Positions 22,401 through 35,100 of a stretch of 64,000 nucleotides of DNA are shown here, in pieces. Position numbers and translations under genes: made by a program. The DNA is from Oculina patagonica (lineage: Eukaryota), in contig NC_135763.1 of assembly GCF_052425735.1 (NCBI RefSeq), positions 23,188,001 through 23,252,000 of the forward strand, given 5' to 3'. A model generated the notes under the pieces. It saw nothing but the letters and a program-made list of their open reading frames with translations, did not search any database and was not told where the DNA came from. The first letter of the stretch is position 1. Every line of letters begins with the position of its first letter.

Positions 22401-25400
22401 CATGCACATATCCTATCAGACGGAGGGAAAGCTACTCCGCTATTCAGACAGGTCTTGTTCTTTTCTGGTCCAACCAAAGTGAACTCGCAGTGTCGTCCAG
22501 TATACCCTGGCGCGCACGAACAAGTATAACTAGTTTTGCCGATCGGTAGGCATGTGGCGTTGTTTAGACACGGTTTTATCTCACAAGGTAAGAGACATTC
22601 GGTACACTGCTTGATGTCACGTAATTTGAGGTTTGACTTGATCAAGTTGATTTCTCTGTTATCCACGGATACAGCAGATATACAACCAACAAGCCCAGAA
22701 TTAACGCCAACTTTGCGAGTGTCTATCTTTGTGAAGTTTTCCACGCCGCCTATGAACAAGTCTAAAGCGATGTTCAGTCCTTTTGTGCAGCAGGGTGAGT
22801 GGTCTGTGACAGCTGGATCACTGTCGAGTGACAGAGAGCTCCTGTCAAGGGTACGCTCCACTTGAACAGTATGCCACATTCCCACGGTGATATTTCTGGC
22901 GCTTCGCACAGTACCAGGACCACTTCCAAGATCAAACATAAACACAACTTTTCCGCCAATGATAGCCAACGAGATGAAGTCTCCTCGTTGAGGATACCAA
23001 CGCTGACCGTTGTAAAGCAGAAGCATATTGCCTGATTTTTGAACCATAAATCTAATGGCGAGTTTTAACTGTTGAGCAGCGCCTTCGATGCCCGGGAATG
23101 ATATGAACGAATTACCCTCGAACATGGGCGTGTCTATGGGAGCTCCTGAAGAAAGAGTGAGAAAAACAGAGATAACAACAGGCTCGTTGTATAACCTTTG
23201 GTCACAAGATATTACATACATTTACAGTTAAATACCTCGAACACGTTGTTGGATTTCTTTGAGACAGTTGCACGCTGACAAAGATTAATATTGTTTTTTT
23301 TTTTTTCCTGTTCATTAAAACAAATTAACTTCTTTACAAAAGTCTTAACTGAAGGAAGACAGTATTAGAGTAGTATACGTTTATAAGTGTGGTATACTTT
23401 TATGTAGGTTAACACCATGCTTAGAAAGGCACAAAAGTGACAATAGAAAGCAAGGGACCGCGGACGAAAATGCTGCTGTGTACGTAGGAGCTGGCGACAG
23501 CTCTGATCCATGTTTTCAGTGTAAGGATAGTTCTGTCTATTCTCACTTTCCTTATCGAGACAACGACATGATATTTCGAATTCTTGACCTATTGAGTAAT
23601 AGTCACGCGGCTGTGATCAATGGGCGAGTGTTTGAATTTGAGCCCATCCGGATTGTCATTACCACGAGCACTTTATAGACAACTGTCTTTGCGCTGGTTG
23701 TTCTATTCTGTGCGGCATACACTCTGCTGAAGAGACCCAATCAGGTCGAAACAGCTGTCCAGAGTTTGCATTTTTGACTTTCAGTTTGGACTCTATCATG
23801 TCGTTGTCCCGTTAAGGTTTTTTCATTTCTACGTAGTGTCAGCCTTGCTTTTCTTGTCTCTTAGAAAGGCAGCCTGCGTGCAGACATCTCCTCAGTATTT
23901 CTTTTCACTCCCGTGATGAAACAAGAGACGCCAGCATGCAGGCTTATAGATCGTCAGTATTAAAAAAAGTTGTGCAAGTTTGATGGTACATCCGCTAATT
24001 CCACGTCATCAACTCTAACCATCTATACTCTACTGCAAACTCGAGTTAACATACTACAACACACCTTCTTCACACCACTCCCCAGAGTAACCTGCTGGGC
24101 AAATACATTTAAAACCATCGTCTCCGATATTCTCACAACGTCCTTCATTGCAAACTCCAGGAGAACACCGCTGACCGGCGCCTTGGCAAGTTCTTCCCGA
24201 GTAACCAGTCCTGCAACTACAGACAAAGCCCCAGGCTCCCGTCACCTCCTTACATGAACCTCCGTTCTTACAAGGCCTGGTTGCGCAGACGTCACAATCT
24301 TCCAGTCCTACGCGGTTGATGGGATCTCCTACGTATGGTAACAACAATATGGTACAAAAATGAAAGTGATAAATTGACGTTTTATTAGAAGCGCAGTATA
24401 GTTTGATAACAAAAGTTTAACAAAAGACCAGCCTAAATATATTTTGGCTTGATATTTTACAGTTGAGAAACAGAAAACATTTCACGTGTTTATATAGTTA
24501 TCAAAACAAGGATAGCCTGGGAACACTGACGCATTTGCGGCTGTCGCTTATTTCCGGCGGAGACACGCGACAGCCGCAAAAGCGTCTGCGTTCGCAAACA
24601 AGGAGAGAGAGCTAAAATATTTCTTTGATTCTAACGAATTAGAGAAACAAGACCATTCTGTTAGTTTGCACATTTTGTATACGCCATTCGATTGTCTGAT
24701 ACAGTTTTTAAGAGATGCTTATAACAAGATATTGGAATAGCATTTAAAACACGTATATGCACGGATAAAATGACATTATAAAACTTACCAAGGTTTGCAA
24801 CTTTCCCATCAATTACCAAATAGCTCAAGCAGCCAACGAAGCCTAATTTGAAACCCGACAAAGAACTTATGGACGAAAAGTCTGGGACTCCTCCCACGTA
24901 CAACTGTCGGTTCAAGTTAAGCCCCGTACTACCTCCCTTAGAAATCCCTGTCACAGGTGGCTTGTTGTCAACAGTCAGATTGCCTTCTTTCTCGTCACGT
25001 GATAGAATGACTGTGTGCCACTCGTACAGACGCAGTGGTTGCTGGCTTCTGATAATTGCGGGCTCGAATCCAAGGTTAAATCTGAAATTCACGAAACATC
25101 TGTGGTTATTTTTTTTATAGATTATTACGAGATATTAAGGGAATGCAAAGTTGGTTATAAGAGCTATAGATAAAGTTCAAGAGGACTTCCTGGATTCATG
25201 ATACGCCGCCAAAATCCTTTATAAACCAGGAGTAAATGCGAGTGCACGCGCGAGTTAACGAGAATTCAAACTTTTGCTCTCGTTGCACCGCCTGCTCATA
25301 TTTTGATGAGAACTGACTAGAATGTTTCGCTCTTTTTGACAGGCAGGTGACATCAAATTTGGCAAATCTTTAACTAGTTTCACCGCGCGTTGACAACGGA

Positions 25401-25991
25401 AGAAAACTCTTATCAAAGTTCCATCCGCCGACCCTGGTCGACTCTCGTACATGCCTTTATGCTGGCAAATATGCCCGTCTGATAAACTAAGACCGTAATG
25501 CTCTGATTTAACGCTCGGCTCAGTTGGGAATTCAAGGAAGAGCGCTTATTTGGGAGGACGCCGACGAGCGGCACCTAGTACCGCATCTTACCTTCTCTGA
25601 GGGACAAAAATGATTTTTGTTCTTACATAGACTTTTGTCAACTCGCAGTCAAACGAGTTGAGAATTGATATTATTTGAAAAAAAGAGGGAAAACTTTTGT
25701 CGACTTACATCAAAATTTGGCAGACATAGCGCTTATTTGAAGGAAGGCGATAAGTCAGATTATTATGTCAGTAACAGACTAGCACTCACCTAAATTCAGC
25801 AAATCCGTTTGACATTCCAAACGATATGAAGTCTCCAACAGAGCCATTGGCGAGCTGATCGTTGTATAATAAGAGTCCATCTGCCATCTCTGGTGCAAAG
25901 ACAATCTCAACAGTGAAATTAAGCGGTTCCTCAGTTAATGTTGGTAGGCTCAGATAGGACAGCGGCCTTTGAGTAAACTTCGGTACGGTTA
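19433..25991 (-). CDS. HSPG2: Perlecan domain V (endorepellin-like): LamG1, 2xEGF, LamG2, 2xEGF, LamG3, stop
   Basis: LamG motifs DGLLLYN, GDFISFG, FNLG/FDLGSG/FELGSG, WHTV, LYVGG, GCI/GCL/GCV. EGF motifs PCKNGGSC and [11 protein letters not shown] stop at 19435-19433. Confidence 0.93.
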
Positions 25992-26831
25992 CTAAGAGAA
26001 AAGAAACAAATAGTTGGTTACTTTTTGTACTAAGGTAAACATAGCCGGGGAGTGGTGAGGGGATACCACGTAGGATTTGAATTCCCGATTCTACATCAGT
26101 TGATTGAGTTCGCAGTGTTCGCGGTGTTTTGTAAAATGTTCCTGTACAACGCCTACACTACCTTTGATATCTAAAGTTCCATTTCCTTTCGCTGATCCTT
26201 CGACATTGGAAGCTTCACAGAAATAAATCCCAGCATCCTCTTGAGTCACATTAGCAATACTAAGTACTCCACCTCGCACAGTGCCATTCACCGGAAGTGA
26301 ACCGTTCAATTTCCGCCATGTCAGTTTTGGTGAAGGCGAACCGCTAGCGATACAGCTGAATTCTGCGGGCTCGCCTATCCTTATTCGGGATTTCCGTGGA
26401 GTAACTGTAACCTTGGGGGCCTCTGAAAACGAAAAAAGTTCATATTTTAAAGTAACTGTTGTTGATTAACAAACGTTCTCTCTTTCTTTCTTGCTTGGTT
26501 CGTTTTGCTCATCTTAAGCGAGATAATATATCGTTATGCGTTCCATGGCGCTGGTACTTGAATTAGTCACTAGGTTTTCTTTCCTCAGCTATGCCCATCT
26601 AGATTACTTTTCTCCGCAGTGAAAATTGGGTGCCAACTGGTCTGCCCCTTGCCATCTGGGATTTTAGTCAAGTTTTTTTTATTTAGAAAAGTTGTTTTTG
26701 TGTTTGTCTACATTGGTCTGAAAAGCCCCATTCATGGATTAGTTAATAAGAATCATTTCAAAGTGATAAATGATCATCGCAGTGAATTTCCACTTTAAGC
26801 AATTGGAATAAAGAAGCCTGAAAAAAATTCA

Positions 26832-26865
<34 letters not shown>

Positions 26866-29800
26866 GATACCGGTGCGATGCTCTACCAACTGAGCTATTG
26901 AAGCCACACATTGGGAGCGAGGTCAATTGTGAGTTCATATTTTACCCGTGAGAGGAGTGAAATGATGTAATGTATATGAAATGATTCATATATGAACTGC
27001 GGATGGATATGATATCACATCATTCCGATGATGTAATGTCCACATATGGACATTACATCATTTCACTCCTCTCACGGGTAAAATATGAACTCACAATTGA
27101 CCTCGCTCCCAATGCGTGGCTTCAATAGCTCAGTTGGTAGAGCATCGCACCGGTATCGCGGAGGTCACGGGTTCGAATCCCGTTAAAGCCCTGAATTTTT
27201 TTCAGGCTTCTTTATTCCAATTGCTTAAATTGGAAATTCACTGCGATGATCATTTATCACTTTCATATAAATCCGCAGTTCATATATGAATCATTTCATA
27301 TACATTACATCAAGAATCATTGCGTTATTTATTTTACGGTTTGAGCGCCGCGTGACCACGAAGTAACGGTTGCGAATGAGTCTACGTCTACATTAACTTT
27401 GTTTTGATAAACTTTGACACGAACCTTGTACAAAGACAGCAACTTGGGACTGCACAGAGCCAACTCTGTTGGTAACATTGCAAGCATAGGCTCCCCCGTG
27501 TGAATGCCGGGCGTTGGCGATAACCAGAAGTCCGCCTTCTATAACTATTCCCTCGGGTAAGGGACCACCAACACTGGACCATACAATTTCAGGTTTTGGG
27601 ATTCCCGTCCCGCGACACTCAAGTGTTAGTGAGCCGCCCACTGGTACAGTTTTGACTGACGCTCCGCCTGTTATAGAGACACTAGGAAGATCTGGAAAGA
27701 AAAGAAAGAAACAAAGTAAGAAAAGCTTTGAATAGCAATTATTTTTTTTTAAAGTTTAACCTGTCACGAGCATTATCAAACTGTCATAAGTTCAGCTAAG
27801 CTTCTACAGTAAGCTTTTCATACTATTTATACGTCGAACGTACATGTTATAAAGAGGCGTTGCCAGCAAGAATAAAAGTGAAGAAAAATTGTTTCTAAAT
27901 TGCTTATCCTAACAGTATGCAGGACGCGTGTCACATAATAAACCAAGGAAATGGCCTAGCTCACCACGAGTCTCTCGTAGCTCAGTTGCTTAGAGCGCCC
28001 AACCGGTATCTGGGAGGCCATGGGTTCGATTCCCCTTTGGGGACTCAGAAGTTTTCTTTGTCCCATGCTCGTGTCATTGTTGAACAATTTTTCTTCATTA
28101 TTTATCACCGAGTTTAAAATTTACCATCCTTATTATTCACTACACTCAAGAATAAAAGTGTTTATATATCTATAACGGCGAGGAAGGTAGACGGAAGGGG
28201 ACGTTCGCACATAAGCTTATACTGATCGAGTTTAGTGAGATTAGATGATTACTAAGAGTACTAATCGAGCTTTGTTCAAGCGTCGAACTTCTCATCTGGG
28301 CATAGATTGCGGTACAGCTGCGGTACACTATGAAGTGTAACTACGGTTCCACCAAGATACATAACGGTACGACTGCGGTACGACTGGATGTGACTGGAAA
28401 ATAAGCGCGGTTCCGCCGCAGCTTGCAACTTTTTCACCAACTTCAGAAAACGACCTTGAACAAACCTTAGTTCCAAAAACATTAGCCTGGAAATTAAAAA
28501 AAACTCACAAACCTTCAACTGTGAGTATGACAGGTTTTTGAGAGAATCCAGCCGCGTTAGTAGCTGTGCATATGTACCGTCCCTCATCCAAACTCACAAT
28601 GCGTGTCAGAGTTAACACATCATTGGCAACCAAATGCCTCCTGGGAAGATCTACGCCTTCTTTCGTCCACGTAATCACAGGATCTGGTGTGCCGGTTGCG
28701 TTGCACTGGAAACTAACATTTGAATTTGGCGAGGCTACCAAGGCCTCCGGGGAGACCGTTACCTGCGGTGCAACTAAGAAAGAATCAAAATAATGAGGTA
28801 ATCAACTCCAGATTTTGGAACCAGAGAATTCGTTTTGATGATACTATGTGAAAAGAGACAACTGCTGTATAGAGGAAATGAATTTGCAAAAAAAATCGCT
28901 TTTAATTTTCATATAGAGACCTAAACCGTTGAAATGTTGCGAAGAAGAAGGCGTACAATTTGCTGAACGTCAGAGCAAGACGACTCGTAAACACGAGGCC
29001 TAAATTCTAAAACAAATGAACTCAGACAGATTATGGACTCTATATCCTCTACAGTTACATTCCCAAACTGTGTGCTATGGCAGGATGTTTTTAAGGGACT
29101 GTGTCACGGCTGAGTTTAGTTTAGTTTATTAAATTTTGAAAAATATTCGCTATGAAACTTAATGTTTGCAAAGAAATTTATTCAATGAATGACAAAGCAA
29201 TAGCTTCATTGCAACCATATGTGTCTCTCGAGCGTTATAATTTAAAGTTAAAAGCAAACAAGATATACTTTGAAAATTGTTTAGCACAAAAATATTACAA
29301 AAACCCATATCGCAATCCGTTCCAATCGCTTTTGGCCATCCGTACCTTCTTTTGTGTTTGGTGTACTTTTGAAATGTTCCTTCGCTGTTTTAAGAGGTTA
29401 TTTCAACGAATTTGATGGTCATTTGATTGCCATTATCTAAAATCCGCGACACAGTCCCTTTAACCAACTATAAATAATTCTTACCAAACACTGTGACGCT
29501 TGCAAAACCTTCACTAGAGCCCGCTGCATTGCTAGCATGACAGCGATACTTTCCGGTCTGTTCCACTTCCACCTCGTTAACAATCAGTGTTCCCTTGTCC
29601 ACCTCACTTCCGCTGGGAATACTTCCGTTAACTTTTGACCACGTCACCGGAAGTGATGGTTTAACAAGACAAAAGAGGCGAAAGGAACTTCCCTGATTTA
29701 CAGACAGCTGGGATGGAGTCACCTCGACACGGGGAGGAACTAGGTTAAAAGAAAAAAGGCCTCGTTAATGTGGTGTACAGTTTGGTGGTACTTGACAATT

Positions 29801-32110
29801 TATCTCTAATCACATATCTAGTGGGGAGGTGAGTTCGAGCAGTAGGATCTAAAAGACACCGTTAACTTTAAATTACGTATATACAAGTAAAAGTTTCCGT
29901 TTGCTGAATTTCTCTTCTGCTGCGATCTTCCTCCCCTTCTTGACTTGTACTTTGGCAACCTCGTCTCTAGGGCGCTTTTCCTTCAAATGTAGACCCTTCG
30001 GACTGCGGACGACGTTAGAACTTCTCGTTAAAGAAATGAAGGACCTTTCTCTTTGTCGCCATAATAAAATGTCAGAAGGCATTATAGAGGGGTGCAGTGA
30101 ACTGGCAAAAGTAATAAACAGAATAAAGCGTCTAAAAGAATAAAGAGAACCTAAGCATGACAAGCAATTGCACAAAGAGAAAAAAGGTTTCAACAGAAAC
30201 AAGGAAGCCACCGAGTATTGCACTAGAAATTATTCAACATCAACTGTCACAAGGGGAGGAAGGGCGTTATTGGAAACACCAGGCGACTGTTCTAGGTTAT
30301 GTTACATTTTCTTACCTATGACCTCTAACTGCACGTTAGCGCTGTCTTCTCCTTCACTGTTCATAGCCTTACAAAAGTATACCCCTGCGTCTTCTGGGCC
30401 TGCAGACGGGATGATCAGCAGTCCATTCCTATCAAGTGCACCGTTGGGTAGATCAGAGCCCAGTCTCTCCCAGGTTATACTCGGAGTTGGTATACCAGAC
30501 GCGTTACAGCGGAACTCGGCCTTTTCACCTTGGATAACCGTATTAGAAATAGATTCCACGGTAACTTCTGGAGCTTCGTGTGCCACAGTAACTGGACAAA
30601 AATCAAATTTGATCTCATATAAATGGTAATAAAATAACTTACTGAGACGACTTGAGGTTTATAAACGTACTAGCAAAACACTGAATCAACTTCGTTTGTC
30701 CTGACTTCTCCCTGGTAGGAGAGCCAAAGTTTACACGAAAAAGTGTTAGCTCGCTCCCCAGGGTCACCCCTACCTTCAAAGCCAGTGACCCTGTGCTAAC
30801 TTTGATATTTTCATGGCATAAGAAATATAATAGTGGAATCCTGATTTGTTGAACCCTCAATTTTTCGAAACTCGCGATAACTCAAACGTCAAATCGTTTC
30901 TCATTGCTTCTCTATTTCAAACACCTCAGCCTTATCTCCCCGTTGTCCTCTAAATTCCGATGTATCTCAATCCACTTTTTTTTCCATTGGAAATCCGAGA
31001 AATCAGGATCCACTGTAGCTGACAACTCAAAATTCGTCATAGACTCGTAAAAAACCTTCAAAGAATATACCTTATTATAGGAATATAAGGAAGCATTTTA
31101 ACAACGCGAACAAAATTTACGCGTAATAAAATTAACGCGAATTTAAGAAACGTTCTGCATATTCCTTATGCTAAAAAAGTTAACGTCAATACAATTAACG
31201 CGAATTCTTGAAATTCGCGTTAATAACATGTATCGTTAATTTCCTATAATAACGTATACATTTATTTACCTATCAACTGAACACTTTCCCGCGCTGTTCC
31301 CACCAAGTTTCTTGCTTGGCACGTGTAGTTACCCTGATCCTTTGCTCTGGCGTCCTCTATCATCAGTTTAAACAAACCAGGCCTGCTTTCTATCTGCTGG
31401 AGATTGGGTCGAGAATTCTCTGGAGCAATCCACTGAACAGACGGAGGTGGGTCACCTGCGGCTGCGCATTCCAGCGTGACTGTACTACCAGCTGTCACGG
31501 ACACAAGACTTGACGGGCTAACTATGATGTTGGGTTCACCTGGGTAATGGATCAAGTATGAAGAGTCGATCCCTTTAACGCATGACAATAGGTTTCTTAC
31601 ATATAAAGGTGGTATATACCTATAAAACTCTTTAAATCTCCCATGATTGACATATGTATTTCCTTCACTAATTAAAACACTTTTGTTAGTTAGTTCTCAT
31701 AACTTGAAGTACACCAAGACAATACCTCCGAATTATTAGATGTGACCTTCTTGGGAATTAAACGGTTACAAAACCATCAGCAGTTGTTTTGGCAAGACTT
31801 TTCATAACGATCTTAGCTAAGAACCTTTGACAGGCAAAAGTGATCAAAATCCTTTCAGATTGACACAACACTCAAGATTGCTTGGTTTAATTTATGCTTT
31901 TCTATGTAGAAAAAAGAGTGTTGTCCTACTATTAGCGGTTTGGAGATCTGGAGGTTTAAAGCGCGTTCGTTTGGGATCAATCCGGAATAAGAATAATTAG
32001 AATAATGCGAGTAATCGTTTGTTTGGGTGCTCTTCTCATTCCGGAATACTTGGATTTCCATATCGCAGGAGCAGAATAGTCGGGATGGAAATCCAAACAT
32101 TCCGGAATAA

Positions 32111-32145
<35 letters not shown>

Positions 32146-35100
32146 GCTTAGTACATCAACACTTCCTCACTAAACCAAGGTGTGCAAATCTGTTCCAGGT
32201 CTGGGGGAACCTTATTATGATGCTGGGGGTTATCCGCTCTGGACTAAAATCCCATCTAAGGGGAGTAGTAATAACCCTAGTCACTCATGTTATGGAAACC
32301 GGGATAAGCTCCGGTCACGTGGGTTAGTCAGGTTGTAGGAAGACTTGTCCTTTACACATCGTCTTTCGCAGAAATCACAATTGGGCATAGACCTCTGTGT
32401 CTGATAACGAAATGATAAAAGATTGAAACACAGAGAAGGCACAGCAGTGACATAATTTTGCAATGCGAGTTAACGCCAGATAAATCTTGCCAGTCTTAAC
32501 GGTTCTTTCGATAATTGATGTATGTTACATTGATTACCTTGGACGATAAGAAGAGCGATAGCCTCGGTGGATCCCATGTCGTTTGTTGCCTTACAAATGT
32601 ACTTTCCCTGGCTGTCACCAGAGGCCGGCGAAATCACCAAAACACCGTCATTACTGCTGTTCAGCGGTTCATGTTCCTCTCTTTCCCAGACCACTGCAGG
32701 AGGCGGGTTACCAGCCTTGACTACACACCGGAACACCACAGTCTCTCCTCCCGTAACTGTAAGCCTTCTTGCTGGCATGATTTCTATCTTTGGCATCTCC
32801 TTACCTGAAAGGGCGAAAACATATGCTCTCATTTCGTTGCCACGTAAAGTCCTTTTGTATTTTCCCATTTGAGGTGAAACCAAATTTTAACTATCAATTA
32901 TTGCAATGACATCTGCAATTACCGATATATCACCGGTAGATGTTCTCTGATAAGGACGATAAACCGTAGGCGCCGTCTCCTCCATCTGAAGTGTTATGAT
33001 CAGCAGGGGACGTTAAAGAACCCACACACTTATCGCAAAGAGTAGGGCACGGAGTTGTGGTCTGACCAATTCACATGTATCCATGGCCATGGGTGGGTGG
33101 TGGAACGAGATCACATACAAGGACAGATAGCGGCTGCCAAAGGCACCTGATATGCTAATGTCCGATCTCGTCCCGTAACTCTAACTGTGAAGCGCATTTT
33201 GGGATTTGTAAATGCGCTATACAAGTACCATTACCATTGCCATTATGTGGGACCCTTTTGCCAAGGACAAAATTCCTAGTTTTTGTTACTCACTTTTGAC
33301 GTTGACAATGCCTGTTGCTTGCTTGACTCCTTTCTTGTTCTGGGCCACGCACACATACATGCCTTCGTCCTCTTTTGTCGCTTCTTGGATTTGCAACAAT
33401 CCCTCGGTTACCACGTGATTGTCTGTTAACTCCTCACCAACTCTTGTCCACTGTATTGAGGGGTAAGGATCCCCCGAGACCTGGCATGAAAGAAGTGCTG
33501 AGGCACCTTCGTCGACAGTTTGATTTGCTGGTGAGACGACTGCAGTTGGACGCACCGAGGTATCTAAGAAAGAACGAGATGGAATCAAGCTTGTAAACCA
33601 AGGGACCCATTTTACGAAACATGCACCCTTCCTTAGCAGACAGCATAAAATGCCGGCGGTGAACAGAATTTTAACACTTGACAACATAGAAACAGAACTT
33701 ATTCTCTTATTGGCAACATTTGGAATAAGACAAGTTCTTTTGGGTGAAGTTATATTGTAACGCGTCATAATATATTACCAGATTACTCATCGTTTTGTTG
33801 GTTTTTTACATCTCAGGCAATCCAAGACTCAACAAAATATACAACAACCACCCATGTAATTTCTCGAAATATAGGCATTTGGCTTGTGTATCCAAATGTC
33901 ATAACTAACAAAATTAGACCACAATGGATCGAGCATATGATGTCGAAATGAAGATAAATTCTGGAGTGGGAACTTGTTACGTTAGATTTGAAGACGTTTG
34001 TCCTCTTTACCTCTTTCGACAGTGAGAGTGACCAAGACTCCATCGGCTCCAAACGTATTAGCAGCTGTGCAAACATAGGCACCACCGTCCTCCAGCGTCG
34101 TCGGTAAAATACTTAGCAAGCCGTTCACAGAAGAAGAAGATTGAGGCAGTTGACCGTTTTCACGTGACCAGCTTATAGTTGGAGTCGGGTCTCCTTTTGC
34201 AGAGCACTCGAACCGGGCCTCTTCACCTTCTAAAACTGTGAGCGTGTTAGGAGTAACGGAGATTGTAGGGACACTTCCGGGAGCTACAAGAAATAAAATC
34301 AAAGAAAAGAGCAAAGGTTGAGATCGAAAGATCTAAAAAAGAGAAACTTATCGTTTGAGAAGTTATCAATATTATGTTGGTACATGGTAACGATTGCAAT
34401 CTGGCGAAACGATATCATGACCTTGCAAAAGTTGTTAGTACAAGCCATAACACGTGAACGACGAGAATTGTATTTGGTGTACTGGCTCAGAAATCTTAGA
34501 ATTGATGAACCACTAAAGCTGCTTATGGTGTCTTATTTAAACGTCATCATGTCGTTCTTATACTGAGCAAAAATAGAGATAGATAGCATCACACTTAATC
34601 TTGCCGCAAACGGCACAAAATCCCGCTTGTCGGGTGACACTTGGACATTTCGTTTAATCGTAAAGGGATAATTTAGGAAGCTGACGCCTCATCCATTGTT
34701 ATACAAGGTGCTTTTAAACATTCTGTAACTAAGGAATCGCCTTCATACCCGAGACATTCAAGAAGGTTCCCGTGCTAGATATACCGCCCAAGTTGGAAGC
34801 TGTACAGAAGTACTCTCCTTGGTGTACTTTTTTTACTGCATCAAATGTCAGCAGACCGTTGCCATTGGAAGTTTTGGCTTCTGGTGGTAGTCGACCGCCA
34901 GGACCACCGTGCCATTGGAGCACTGGGGCGGGAAATCCAGAAGCCGAGCAACGGAATTGAGCAGCGTCTCCCTCTCGGACGCTAAAACTGGCAGGACTTA
35001 CAGAGACTTGGGGCTTTGTTACTAAGAAAGAATAAAATTGGTAAGTATCGCATGCGCCGCATTTAAATTGATAGCTTAACTAACCTGCGATCAGGCGTTC

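Noticed and set aside
23478-23678. 66-aa ORF inside the ribozyme-bearing insertion
   Set aside because: GTG start, short, and no RT or GIY-YIG motif that I can recognise.
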